From contig CAWFJP010000003.1 of assembly GCA_963816145.1 (NCBI GenBank), positions 448,001-512,000 on the forward strand: DNA of 64,000 bases, read 5' to 3'. Below are positions 20,250 through 30,578 of this stretch, in pieces; the stretch's first letter is position 1; each line of letters begins with the position of its first letter. The DNA comes from an uncultured delta proteobacterium (lineage in GTDB: Bacteria > Desulfobacterota > Binatia > UBA9968). The translations under genes were made by a program, and so were the position numbers. The notes below the pieces were generated by a model that was not told where the DNA came from, ran no database searches, and saw only the letters and a list, made by a program, of their open reading frames with translations.

Positions 20250-22023
20250 ATGGCAGATTCAACAGTCAAAAAGTCCGAGAAACGCTGGCAGTCCGACGTG
20301 ATCGTCGACATGGTAAAAAAATATAATTTCGAGTACATCGCGCTCAATCCCGGCGCGAGCTACCGCGGCTTGCATGACTCGCTGGTCAATTACGGCGAGA
20401 ACAATCCGCCGATGCTCACCTGCCAGCATGAAAAGATCGCCGTGCAGATCGCCCATGGCTATGCCCGCGCCAAGGGCAAACCGATGATCGCCATCGTCCA
20501 TAACTTGGTCGGCTTGCTGCACGCGCCGATGGGCATCTACTACGCCTATCTCGACCGCGCGCCGGTGTTTATCATGGGCGCCACCGGACCGTTGGCCGAA
20601 CCCAAGCGCCGGCCGTTTATCGACTGGATTCACACGGCCAACGTCCAGGGCGAAGCGATTCGCAATTTCGTTAAGTGGGATTACCAGCCGTCCACCGTCG
20701 ACGGCGTGCCCGGAGCATTCGCCCGCGCCTATTCGATCATGATGAGCGCGCGCCAGGGGCCGATCTACATGTGCTATGACGCCGGCTTGCAGGAAGCCGA
20801 GCTCGATCATGATGTCGAGATGCCGCTGACTGGCGCAGTCGAGGTTCCCGACCCCGCCGGCAGCCGAGCCGGTCGCCCTGGCAAAAGCCGCCGACACGCT
20901 TGCCGCGGCCAATCGTGTCGCGATCATCGCCGACTTCGCGGCCCGTCCGCCCCATGGTTGGAACCATGTGGTCGAACTTGCCGAAACGCTCGGCGCGTCG
21001 GTCTGGGATGTCGGTTCCCGTTTGAACTTTCCGACCGATCATCCTTTGAATCTGACCATGGATCCCGAAGGTTGTTACGACGGCGTCGACGTCGTCCTCA
21101 CCCTCGATATCGCCGATTTTGAAAAGCCGACCCATGTGCGCGACATCGCGACCCGCACGGTGGTCAGCAAAGTTGCGGCGGGCGCCACCTGGATCGATAT
21201 CGGTTTCACCGATATCGAAACCAGCAAATGGTCCATGGACTATGCCCGGCCCTATTACGCCCAGCAGCGCATGATCGCCGACGTGGTGACCGCCGCACCC
21301 GTTCTGACCAAACTCTTGAAAGAGCGCATTGCCAAGACCCCAGGCCTGGCGGAGAAAATCGCCAAACGAGCGGAAGCCATCGGCAAGCGTCACGCCGAGA
21401 CCCGCGCCAAGTGGGCCAAGCAAGCCCAGGAACACTGGGATCAAAAACCGATGACCGTGCCGCGCCTCGCCAGCGAAGTGTGGGAAGCGATCAAAGGCGA
21501 AGACTGGGTGCTCACCGCCGGCGACCTCGGCTCCTGGGGCAAAAAGCTCTGGAACTTCGACCGCCCCTACTGCCATGGCGGCCGGGAACTAGGAACGGGC
21601 ACGCAGATCGGTCTGTCCTTGGGCGTAGCCCTGGCAAACAAAGGTACCGGCCGTCTGGTGGTCGATTTACAGCCGGACGGTGATTTGATGTTCGACGCCG
21701 GATCGCTCTGGATCGCGGCAAAATATCAAATCCCCATGTTAGTCGTCATGTTCAACAACCGCGCTTACTACAACGACTGGAACCATCAGCTGGTTTTGGC
21801 GCGCACCCGGGGCACCGACCCGAAGCGAGCCTATATCGGTATGGATCTCTACGGCCCCGACCCTGACTTCGCCGGCTTGGCGAGGTCCATGGGCTGGTAC
21901 GCTGAAGGTCCGTTTGAAAACGGCGACGACCTCAAAGGCGCGCTGAAACGAGCCATCGAGCAAGTCAAACAAGGCAAACCCGCCCTCATTGATGCCGTCT
22001 GCGACCGACGGAATCACGGCTAA
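20250..22023 (+). CDS. ThDP-binding enzyme, copy 2, split by a +1 frameshift near 20847-20849 (probable assembly error or recent pseudogene)
   Basis: ORFs 20250-21122 and 20968-22023 match the N- and C-halves of copy 1; removing one C from gttcccg gives VPTPPAAEPVALAKAADTL, collinear with copy 1. Confidence 0.82.
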
Positions 22024-22037
22024 TCACCTTCGCTACT

Positions 22038-22064
22038 CCCCCGCGTCCTTCGCGGACGCGGGGG
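22038..22064 (+). terminator. GC-rich hairpin after the ThDP enzyme pair
   Basis: cccccgcgtcc-ttcgc-ggacgcggggg; weak U-tract. Confidence 0.55.
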
Positions 22065-22309
22065 TACGTTTCTCATCGCTGGCAAAACCTCCCCGTAAAG
22101 CGCATAGTGCGGAATCGCTAAATCGCCGCTTTGGCAATTTAACTGGATATTCTTACTCGCAGACAACCTTGACAGAGGGCTCTATCGTCATTACGTTTTC
22201 ATTCACAAAGTCCATCAATTATTTCGATCAAATAGCTAAAATCAAAGATATTTACTCGTGCACCGATAATCTGATTAACTCACTTAGTACCAAATCAGAG
22301 CAAATCTTG

Positions 22310-22343
22310 GGAACGGATCGACCGCTTGGCGCGTCTAATGCTA
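22310..22343 (+). promoter_or_regulatory. Overlapping sigma54-type (-24/-12) and ECF-type promoter motifs
   Basis: TTGGCGCGTCTAATGCTA (GG-N10-GC) at 22326-22343 and GGAAC-N17-CGTCTAA at 22310-22338; AT-rich tract upstream. Confidence 0.45.
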
Positions 22344-22415
22344 CAGCCCTAAAGTAGCGACAGCGAATGTTTCGGAACCCGAATAGCCCTTCACGGGTTA
22401 TCCAAGGAGAGTACA

Positions 22416-23945
22416 GTGGTAAGCGAATTCGACATTGATAAGCCTATCGAAGAGATCTTTGACGAAAAGGAGATTTCCGACCTGGCGCCCGCAGATGCGG
22501 AGATGAGCTTCGGCTCCATCAACGAAACCGGCGCAGAAGCCGAGCCTGAGGTCAAGGAATCCGACTTCGCCATGAGTTCGGTGCAGCAATATCTGCGCGA
22601 CATTGGCGCGGTACCTTTGCTCAGCCGCGAGCGTGAGATCGAATTGGCCATGCGCATCGAGGCTGGCCAAAATGAGATCCTGCGCGCGTTGTTTTCTGCG
22701 CCTTCGGCGGTACGCTACGTTGTCCAACTCGGCCGCAAAATCGCCGACGGCGAATTGGAGATCAACGAAGTTCTGGAAAAGCCCGACGATCACGACAAAG
22801 AAGCGAGCGAAGGACAGGATCCTAAGGTTTTCTTGCAAGCGGTCGCCAAATTGCGCCGATTGGGCCAGAGCCAAGAAGAGATTCATCGCGAGCTAGGACA
22901 TAAGCGCATCTCGAAACAACGCTATCGGGCGTTGAGTGAAAAAGAAGTGGCTCTGACCGCGAAGATCTGCGCCTTGATCGAGGACCTCCACCTTGCCGCT
23001 CCTCATGTCGAAGCCTGGATCGTCCGGCTCAAACGCGCCGCCAATCGAGTCGAAGAATTGGAGCAGCAAAGGCCGCGCGCCACTCGAACGCAAAAAAGCA
23101 GCATCGCCGAGGAAATCGAGTCTATTGAGGAGTCGGTCGGCCGCGATGTGACCGTAATCAAGCGGCTCGCCGGCGAACTTGCCCATGGCGAGCAGATGGT
23201 TCAGATCGCCCGCAAAGAATTTACCGAGGCCAACCTGCGGCTAGTCGTTAGCATCGCCAAGAAGTACATGAATCGTGGATTGGCGTTTCTCGATCTCATT
23301 CAGGAAGGCAATCTCGGTCTCATGCGCGCTGTCGACAAGTTCGATTACCGGCTGGGCTTTCGTTTCTCGACCTACGCCAGTTGGTGGATTCGCCAGGCGA
23401 TCACCCGCGGCTTGATCGACACAGGTCATACGATTCGCGTGCCGGTGCACCGGGTCGAGTCGCGCAACAAAGTCATGCAAACCGCCCGTGAAATGCAGCG
23501 CCGACTCGGCAGAGAGCCTATGCCCGAAGAGCTGGCCAAGGAACTGGGCCTCTCGGTCCAGGAGATGCTCAATTCCGTGCAGAGTCATGGTGAACCCGTG
23601 TCGCTGCACACCCCGGTTTGGGAAGATGGCGACGAGCTCGGCGATTTTGTCGAGGACCGCATTGGACCCCAGCCTGAGAGCCAAGCCTTGGAAAGCACTT
23701 TGTGCTCCGAAGTGCGCAAGGCGCTGTCAGTTTTGACGCCACGCCAAGAAGCGGTGCTGCGCATGCGCTTCGGCATCGAGCTCAAGCGCGACTACACCCT
23801 CGAAGAACTGGGACAGAAGTTTTCCGTCACGCGCGAACGCATTCGTCAAATCGAGCAAAAGTCGCTGCAAATCCTGCGCAACCCCAACCGGCGCAAACCG
23901 CAGGTACCGATGACGAAAGACACCGCAGCAACGCAACTCAACTAA
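22416..23945 (+). CDS. RpoD-like sigma-70 family RNA polymerase sigma factor (no clear region 1.1)
   Basis: Region 1.2 [20 protein letters not shown], region 2 [46 protein letters not shown], region 4 [20 protein letters not shown]. Confidence 0.9.
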   Translation: MVSEFDIDKPIEEIFDEKEISDLAPADAEMSFGSINETGAEAEPEVKESDFAMSSVQQYLRDIGAVPLLSREREIELAMRIEAGQNEILRALFSAPSAVRYVVQLGRKIADGELEINEVLEKPDDHDKEASEGQDPKVFLQAVAKLRRLGQSQEEIHRELGHKRISKQRYRALSEKEVALTAKICALIEDLHLAAPHVEAWIVRLKRAANRVEELEQQRPRATRTQKSSIAEEIESIEESVGRDVTVIKRLAGELAHGEQMVQIARKEFTEANLRLVVSIAKKYMNRGLAFLDLIQEGNLGLMRAVDKFDYRLGFRFSTYASWWIRQAITRGLIDTGHTIRVPVHRVESRNKVMQTAREMQRRLGREPMPEELAKELGLSVQEMLNSVQSHGEPVSLHTPVWEDGDELGDFVEDRIGPQPESQALESTLCSEVRKALSVLTPRQEAVLRMRFGIELKRDYTLEELGQKFSVTRERIRQIEQKSLQILRNPNRRKPQVPMTKDTAATQLN

Positions 23946-23961
23946 CAAAGCCATCAAACCC

Positions 23962-24026
23962 AAAAGGTTCAACGTCCGGATTCGCCAAATAAAGGCGGAT
24001 CTTCGGAGGTTGAACCTTTTTCTTTT
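23962..24026 (+). terminator. Rho-independent terminator-like long hairpin
   Basis: aaaaggttcaac..ggattcgcc / ggcggatc..gttgaacctttttctttt. Confidence 0.65.
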
Positions 24027-24076
24027 CCGGGACCGGCAATACCGCGCGCACCAACGGCAACCGAACCATACTAAAC

Positions 24077-24299
24077 AACCCTCGGCTTAAAGCCGAGAGG
24101 TTCTAAATTTATCGACTGGAAGTCGACTCTTCCGGGACGTCATTCCGGCGTAGGCCGGAATCCAGGTTTCGTTTAGCCTTGCAACGCGCACGAAGATGGA
24201 TGCCGGCCTGCGCCGGCATGACAAACCCTCTCTTCACCTCAAGCCTGCCCTGAGCAAGGTCGAAGGGGCGAGGGATTTCAACCATCCCCTAAAGGGACC
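24077..24299. repeat. Composite palindromic element, copy B, with an extra ~24-bp insert (24244-24267)
   Basis: Same architecture as 2256-2450; REP-like doublet 24139-24222; insert cctgccctgagcaaggtcgaaggg is absent from copy A. Confidence 0.75.
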
Positions 24300-24423
24300 T
24301 TAATTTTTCTTGGTTGGCGACCCGGACCTGGCTAGTAAGGCAGCGTTAGCCAGACCATTGGAAGCTTTCGGGGAACCAAACGCATTGAAACACTCAGATC
24401 CCCCAACGCGATAAGTTGCACAG

Positions 24424-25587
24424 TTAGGTATCCCGCTCGCTGGTCGGCCCGACCTCGCCGGTGCACCAGGGAATAAACGCCTTCATCTTGCAAGTCGCGC
24501 CGTGGGCCTTGAGTTCTTTCTCAAAGATCTGGTGAATCTCGCGCTCCTCATCCTCGTACTCAATCTGCCAGCCGCCTTCCTTCAAACTGCGATCGGCATT
24601 TTCGCCGCCACCGCCACGCCCTTTTTTGTAGAGACCCATGTCGCCGGGACGGAGCGCAAGGTAGCGTGCGCGCGTCGTCCCCGAGTTAAAGTGCTGATGG
24701 TAGCAGTTGTCGTTCGGCACCGTGACCATGGAGCCTAACGCCCAGTCGCACTTGATCATGTCCGAGCGGTCTTCCTTGGTCCAGATGAGCGAGTAACCGC
24801 CGGTGCCACTGAGCAGCACCAAGTGCGCCCCCGGACCATGTCGATGGGCTTTTTTGTAAGTACCGATGGGAAATTCGGAAATATGACTCTTGGTGTTGTT
24901 GTCGGCCATTTCCAACATGGCGTTGATGCCGCCGGCGCCGCGCTCTTTCCAGCCGTAGAGCAACATATCGGGAGCGTTGGCGATGAAATTGGACTCCCAG
25001 ACGCGGCGGGTGAACAGCTTGCCCTTGCCGCTGAAGTAATCCTCTTCGCCGGCGTAGCGGGAAGTGAACATATAGGGGTTGTTGAAAATGAAATTGTTGT
25101 CGCGGTACAGCCGCATCATCGGCGGCGCGTTGGTCACGGCGATGTAACGGGCCGGTTCCTGGCCGCTGCCGTTAAAGTTCTGGTACCAGCAGTTGAGCGG
25201 AATTGAAAACAAGCTGCCCGCCTGCCATTCGAAGCTGCTCTTCTTTTTCTCGTCCTGCCAGATCGACGTCGCGCCGCGTCCCGAAACCACGTAAATCGTT
25301 AGTTCGTACATGTGATGCTCGGGCTCCGACTTGCCGCCCGGCTTGATTTCGATCACATGGCAATCATTCGGCATATGATTGTTGTTGATGTGGACCACCG
25401 CGCCGCTGCCGCCTTTGCGCTCCCACGGTCCCAACTCGATCTTGGCCAAACTCGGGAAATAGTATTCTTCGTAGACGCGCACGCCTTCATTTTTCAGCCA
25501 TTCCGAATAAGGATCGACCTTAATATACTCTTTGAGCGCCTCTTTCGGGGTCTCGGCAACTTTCATATCGGTACCAAGCATGACCAC
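24424..25587 (-). CDS. Bicupin (cupin-domain) protein
   Basis: EHHMYE..YVVSGRG and KKAHRHGPGAH..HQHFN cupin motifs; paralog of 32081-33121. Confidence 0.8.
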   Translation of the reverse strand: MVMLGTDMKVAETPKEALKEYIKVDPYSEWLKNEGVRVYEEYYFPSLAKIELGPWERKGGSGAVVHINNNHMPNDCHVIEIKPGGKSEPEHHMYELTIYVVSGRGATSIWQDEKKKSSFEWQAGSLFSIPLNCWYQNFNGSGQEPARYIAVTNAPPMMRLYRDNNFIFNNPYMFTSRYAGEEDYFSGKGKLFTRRVWESNFIANAPDMLLYGWKERGAGGINAMLEMADNNTKSHISEFPIGTYKKAHRHGPGAHLVLLSGTGGYSLIWTKEDRSDMIKCDWALGSMVTVPNDNCYHQHFNSGTTRARYLALRPGDMGLYKKGRGGGGENADRSLKEGGWQIEYEDEEREIHQIFEKELKAHGATCKMKAFIPWCTGEVGPTSERDT

Positions 25588-25689
25588 GGGTATATCCTCC
25601 TCTAATAAACCAACAAAAAAAACTCATGTATTTATCTACATCATTAGAAATATCCGATGCCAGGCAAAGTTGTCAACGAGCGGGGCGGA

Positions 25690-26112
25690 TTATCGCCGGT
25701 CATAATAAATCGCCGACTCGGGCCGAATCTCCATGAGCTCGATGACATTGCCGTCGGGATCGGCGACAAAGGCGATCCGATAATGGGAGCGTCCTTCGCG
25801 CGCGGCGCGCTCGGGATGAACATTCATCGTCGCCAAATGGCGAATCGCTTCATCGATATCGTCCACCACCAGGCAATAATGCTGATAACCGATGGCATTG
25901 GCCGGAGTCTGAAACCTCTCCGTGCCGTTGGTAAAGATCTCGATATGTTGCCCAGGGGCAAATTCCAAGAACATCAACTCCTGGCGGCCCACCTGTGGCT
26001 CGCCATGAAATACTTTGCGCGCGCCGAAAGCGTCGGCGTACCATTTTACGGCACGATCCACGTCGGCCACGCGAAACGCCACATGGCCAAAACGAACTCC
26101 TGAAATCGCCAT
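25690..26112 (-). CDS. VOC/glyoxalase family protein
   Basis: FGHVAFRVADVD.A..WY, QHYCLVVDDI, FVADPDGNVIEL. Confidence 0.87.
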   Translation of the reverse strand: MAISGVRFGHVAFRVADVDRAVKWYADAFGARKVFHGEPQVGRQELMFLEFAPGQHIEIFTNGTERFQTPANAIGYQHYCLVVDDIDEAIRHLATMNVHPERAAREGRSHYRIAFVADPDGNVIELMEIRPESAIYYDRR

Positions 26113-26146
26113 TAATTATCTCCTCGAGGTCAGTCGCCGGGAATCA

Positions 26147-27154
26147 TTATTTCTTAGCCCATAGTTTGTCGAAAAAGCCGTCTTTTTTTAGCCCGTCGAG
26201 ATAGCGCCGATCGATCAGATCTTGGACCTTTAGCTTATTCGCCCGGGGGTCGAGCTTGCCGGTCTCGTCGATAATCGCCTGCAGCGCCTCGTTGCGAAAT
26301 TCCAGTCGGGGTTCCAATACTTTAATCTCCTCATCATAGGCCGCATCCAAAACCTTGCGATCGCTAATGCGCAGTTGCTTGGCCAAGACGCGGTAAGTTA
26401 GCTCTTTATCGGTGAATATCAGTTTCATCGCTTCGGCCGTCACTCTGACAAATTTTTCAATCGCCAGGCCCCGGGCATTCAACACCGAACGGCGCGCGAT
26501 GAGCGTTGCCGCGGCAAACGGTATCTGCAGGTCCGGACCATAGACGAGATAGCGAAACCCCTGAGCGGTCGCCCGGCTGCCGCCCGACGGGCCGGTCATC
26601 GTCGCGGCATCGACGGCGCCGTTGAGGAGCGCGGCAAGATTTTCCACTTGGCCGCCGGTTTGGATAAAGTGGACATCCGCTGGATCGATTCCGCTTCTCC
26701 GCAACGCCTGAACGACAAAATAATGCGAGTTACTGCCTAAGCGTGACAAGCCAAGCTTCTTGCCTCGTAACTCCTCGGCTCTTTTGATCTCCGCCCTGGC
26801 GACGATACTATGCGTGAGAGTGTTCTTCGCGCTGGCGATAAATACCAGGTCGGTTGCGCCCTGGGCGACGGCACGAATGATAGACTCACCGCCGCCAATT
26901 GCAATTTGACCATCTCCGCTAAGGATCGCGGCAGTAACCATTTGCGACGACGATATATAAACCAGCTGGAAATCTAAATCGTACTTGCGAAACAAGCCGA
27001 CTTCCTCGGCGATCCACGGCATCGCCTGGGACATCGTCCGCGCCGATTGAAAGCCAACGAGCTTATCCGCCGCCGTTCCGTCGCCAGCCACAGATAGAAC
27101 GCAGCATCCAAAGACCAAGTTTACGAGCGAACGAACAACACGCGATGTTGCCAT
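26147..27154 (-). CDS. ABC substrate-binding protein, SsuA/NMT1-like
   Basis: GLFRKYDLD, ELRGKKLGLSRLGSNS, signal peptide. Confidence 0.85.
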   Translation of the reverse strand: MATSRVVRSLVNLVFGCCVLSVAGDGTAADKLVGFQSARTMSQAMPWIAEEVGLFRKYDLDFQLVYISSSQMVTAAILSGDGQIAIGGGESIIRAVAQGATDLVFIASAKNTLTHSIVARAEIKRAEELRGKKLGLSRLGSNSHYFVVQALRRSGIDPADVHFIQTGGQVENLAALLNGAVDAATMTGPSGGSRATAQGFRYLVYGPDLQIPFAAATLIARRSVLNARGLAIEKFVRVTAEAMKLIFTDKELTYRVLAKQLRISDRKVLDAAYDEEIKVLEPRLEFRNEALQAIIDETGKLDPRANKLKVQDLIDRRYLDGLKKDGFFDKLWAKK

Positions 27155-27342
27155 AGGTACAACCTCCTGAGGCTTTCAATCTCATCGAACGTTTCGCTAA
27201 GCAAAGCGACAGTATCAAAAAGCGCGGTATCCGACTACAGCGAATGAACGCTCCCCTCCAGCACGGAAAAACTTCCCAGGCCTTGACCGCAAGCTCATGG
27301 CGATGTTACGCAATCATTCACCATCACTCTGTGGAGGAATGA

Positions 27343-28293
27343 ATGAAAATTGTCACCTATGGACCGGAGCACCGCGTCGGTGCATTAACCGGTAACAATA
27401 ACCTGATCGATTTGAATCGCGCTTCAGCGCAGCTACCAGCACGGTTGTTGAGTTTTATCGAAGCCGGCAAACCGGCCCTCGACGAGGCCGCGCGCGTTAT
27501 CGACAAATACGCCAACGCAGCAGCCGCCGGCGACGGGATTGTTCAGAGTCTGGATCAGGTCCAACTCCACGCCCCCTGGCCGGAACGGCGCATCGCCTGC
27601 GTCGGCGGTAACTACGCCAAGCATCTACTCGGCATGTGGGCCAATCGCCTCGGCAAAACCGATATCACCGTCGAAGAAGTCGCCGCAGAAGCCAAGAAAG
27701 CCGGCCAATGGGGATTTTGGAAAGTGCCGGCAGAAGTCACTGGACCCGGCGGCAACATTCCCTTTCCCAAGCGTGTCACTTATTTCGATTACGAAGGTGA
27801 GGTCGCGATCATCATCGGCAAGCGCGGCAAGAACATCCCGGCCGGCAAGATCAACGACTATGTCTGGGGCGTCACGCTATTCCACGACTGGTCAATTCGC
27901 GACGGCGGCGGCACCGACCGGGCCGTCAGTTACAATTTGCAAAAGAATTTCGACGGCGCCGCCTCCATGGGCCCTTGTATCGTCGTCAGCGAGACCGACC
28001 AGCAAGATGTCGATGTCGAAACGCGAGTCAACGGCGTGGTGCGCCAAAGTTACAGTACTAGCGAAATGATTTGGAACTTTGGCGAAGTGCTCGAATACCT
28101 ATCGCAAGACTTCACCTTCGTGCCCGGCGACGTCATCGCCGGCGGCACCTCGGCGGGCACCGCCGCCGACAAGTCGCGCCGCAGCCCCGACGGCAAACGA
28201 CCCCTCGATTTGTTTCTCAAAGTCGGCGATATCGTCGACGTGTCGTCATCGAAAATTGGCTCCCTGTCGAATAAGATCGTTGCCAGCGCTTAG
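27343..28293 (+). CDS. Fumarylacetoacetate hydrolase family protein
   Basis: CVGGNY, DYEGEVAIIIGK, HDWSIRD, KNFD, PGDVIAGGT. Confidence 0.9.
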   Translation: MKIVTYGPEHRVGALTGNNNLIDLNRASAQLPARLLSFIEAGKPALDEAARVIDKYANAAAAGDGIVQSLDQVQLHAPWPERRIACVGGNYAKHLLGMWANRLGKTDITVEEVAAEAKKAGQWGFWKVPAEVTGPGGNIPFPKRVTYFDYEGEVAIIIGKRGKNIPAGKINDYVWGVTLFHDWSIRDGGGTDRAVSYNLQKNFDGAASMGPCIVVSETDQQDVDVETRVNGVVRQSYSTSEMIWNFGEVLEYLSQDFTFVPGDVIAGGTSAGTAADKSRRSPDGKRPLDLFLKVGDIVDVSSSKIGSLSNKIVASA

Positions 28294-28308
28294 GAAGAAA
28301 GAGCCTTC

Positions 28309-28386
28309 TCACCACGAAGGCACGAAGGACACGAAGGCTTCAAAAACTATTCTCCGAACTTCGCGCTCTTCGCGTCTTCGTGGTGA
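28309..28386. repeat. Inverted doublet of 9-bp units (CACGAAGnn)
   Basis: tcaccacgaaggcacgaaggacacgaag ... cttcgcgctcttcgcgtcttcgtggtga. Confidence 0.78.
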
Positions 28387-28413
28387 AACACATTCCGCCA
28401 TAAAGGAAATAAT

Positions 28414-29580
28414 ATGGACTTTAACCTGCCCGAAGAAATACAAATCCTGCGCGACACGGTGCGCCGATTCGTCGACAAAGAGCTGATTCCGCTCGAGCGC
28501 GAATACCGCCACGATAGCGAAGGACCTATGCCGGATTATCTGCTCAAGCCGCTGCAGGAAAAAACCAAAGCGATGGGGCTGTGGATGCTCGACGTGCCAT
28601 CGGAATACGGCGGCGCCGGCCTTGGTCTGTTGCCGCGCTGCATCATTCACGAAGAAATCGCCCGCGCTGCGTCGCTGCCCTTCCGCAGTCTCGAACTATT
28701 CGGACCGGAAGTGCGTCCGGTGCTGTTCTATTGCAGCGATGAACAGAAAGAGCGTTTTCTCAAGCCGGTGCTGCGCGGCGAAATGAAATTCTGTTTCGCC
28801 CAAACCGAACCAGACGCCGGCAGCGATCCGGCCAACATGCGCACCCGCGCCGTGCGCGACGGCGATGACTTTATCATCAACGGCACCAAGCGCTTTATCA
28901 CCGCCGCCGGGCGCGCCGACTACGTGCAGCTGATGGCGGTCACCGATCCCGAAAAAAAAGCGCGCGGCGGCATCAGCTGCTTTGCGGTGGATTTGAAAAG
29001 CCCCGGCGTCAATCTTGAGCGGCAATGGCCGGCGATGATGGGCGAGGCGCCCTGGCAACTGTATTTCGAAAACGTCCGCGTGCCGGCGAACAATGTCATC
29101 GGTGAAATCGGCGGTGGCTTTTCCATCGCGCAAAAATGGATCGGCGAAGGCCGCATCCGCGGCCATGGCGCGCGCCCGGTGGGCATCGCGTCGCGCGCCC
29201 TCGACATGATGATCGAATACTCCAAAGTGCGCACCACCTTCGGCAAGCCGCTGTCCGAACGCCAAGCGATCCAGTTCATGATCGCCGACTCGGCGATGGA
29301 GATTCATTCCGTGCGCAACATGGTCTACGAGTGCGCCTGGAGAGTCGACCGCGGCGAAGACGTCCGCGATCTATCCTACATGGTCAAGGTGATGGCGACG
29401 GAAATGGCCAGCCGCGTCGTCGACCGCGCCATCCAAGTCCACGGCGGCTTGGGATTGATGAAGGAACTACCGCTCGAATGGTGGTACCGGCAGATTCGCA
29501 GCACGCGCATCACCGAAGGTGCCAACGAAGTGCTGCGCTGGCGTTTGGGCCAGAATCTCATTCGCGCTCATAAAGGCTAA
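28414..29580 (+). CDS. Acyl-CoA dehydrogenase
   Basis: FAQTEPDAGSD, INGTKRFIT, R.TFGKPL, AIQVHGGLG, RITEGANE. Confidence 0.92.
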   Translation: MDFNLPEEIQILRDTVRRFVDKELIPLEREYRHDSEGPMPDYLLKPLQEKTKAMGLWMLDVPSEYGGAGLGLLPRCIIHEEIARAASLPFRSLELFGPEVRPVLFYCSDEQKERFLKPVLRGEMKFCFAQTEPDAGSDPANMRTRAVRDGDDFIINGTKRFITAAGRADYVQLMAVTDPEKKARGGISCFAVDLKSPGVNLERQWPAMMGEAPWQLYFENVRVPANNVIGEIGGGFSIAQKWIGEGRIRGHGARPVGIASRALDMMIEYSKVRTTFGKPLSERQAIQFMIADSAMEIHSVRNMVYECAWRVDRGEDVRDLSYMVKVMATEMASRVVDRAIQVHGGLGLMKELPLEWWYRQIRSTRITEGANEVLRWRLGQNLIRAHKG

Positions 29581-29604
29581 ACAGAGAACTTAACTATTGG
29601 AGGA

Positions 29605-30423
29605 TTGAAGATGATCAATACCGCAACGTCACGCGTCGTAGCAGTGGCCTTCGCATTAACAATGTTCGCCGCCGCGCCGACGCCGCGCGTGTTCGCCGCG
29701 CAAGAGTTTCAACCGCAAGTTGGCCAGGATGGCAAAGACGTAATCTGGGTGCCGACCCCGCAGGGCTTGGTCGACAAGATGCTCGATATGGCCAAGGTCA
29801 CGCCCAAAGATTACGTCATCGATCTTGGTTCCGGTGATGGACGCACTGTGATCACCGCGGCAAAACGAGGCTCCAAGGCGCTCGGCATCGAATACAACCC
29901 GGACATGGTGGATATCTCCAAGCAGAGCGCGGCAAAGGAAGGCGTCAGCGATAAAGCGAGTTTCGTTAAAGCGGATTTATTCGAGAGCGATTTTTCCCAA
30001 GCGCAGGTCATCACCATGTTTTTGCTATCGAGCATCAATCTTAAACTGCGCCCGAAGATCCTCGATTTGAAGCCCGGCACGCGCATCGTGTCGAACACTT
30101 TCGACATGAGCGATTGGAAGCCGGACGAGACCGCGACCCTGCCCGGGTGTAACTCCTGGTGCACGGCGCACCTCTGGATCGTCCCGGCCAAAGTCGCGGG
30201 CACATGGACCTTACCCCAGGGCGAACTGACGCTCAAACAAACCTTTCAGAACATCACCGGCACGCTGAAATCTGGCGCTATCGAAACGCCGGTGACCGGC
30301 AAGTTAAACGGCGAGCAGATCAGTTTCACCGCCGGCGCAGCCGAATACAGCGGCCGTGTGGCGGGCAACACCATCGAAGGCGTCGTCAAGCCCGGGGGTA
30401 AATGGACGGCAACGCGGCGCTAA
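29605..30423 (+). CDS. Class I SAM-dependent methyltransferase with predicted signal peptide, copy 1
   Basis: DVIWVPTP, VIDLGSGDGR motif I, GTRIVSNTF; hydrophobic N-terminus ending VFA-AQ. Confidence 0.85.
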   Translation: MKMINTATSRVVAVAFALTMFAAAPTPRVFAAQEFQPQVGQDGKDVIWVPTPQGLVDKMLDMAKVTPKDYVIDLGSGDGRTVITAAKRGSKALGIEYNPDMVDISKQSAAKEGVSDKASFVKADLFESDFSQAQVITMFLLSSINLKLRPKILDLKPGTRIVSNTFDMSDWKPDETATLPGCNSWCTAHLWIVPAKVAGTWTLPQGELTLKQTFQNITGTLKSGAIETPVTGKLNGEQISFTAGAAEYSGRVAGNTIEGVVKPGGKWTATRR

Positions 30424-30578
30424 GCGATCGTCTACGACCATCGTCGTATAGATTTTCAGCCACACCGAGACCCGAGCCATCCCGGCTTGGGCCTTCACGT
30501 TTACCTGCCGAAATAATTCGTTCGCCTCTCCACTATTCGAAAGCCGCCTGCTATATTTCCCCGCTAAGGAGGATCAAC

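Noticed and set aside
20840-20860. Programmed ribosomal frameshift in ThDP enzyme copy 2
   Set aside because: No slippery heptamer or evident stimulator; one extra C in a short run fits an assembly error
21989-22357. 122-aa ORF upstream of the sigma gene
   Set aside because: Crosses a terminator-like hairpin and an AT-rich promoter region, with atypical codon usage
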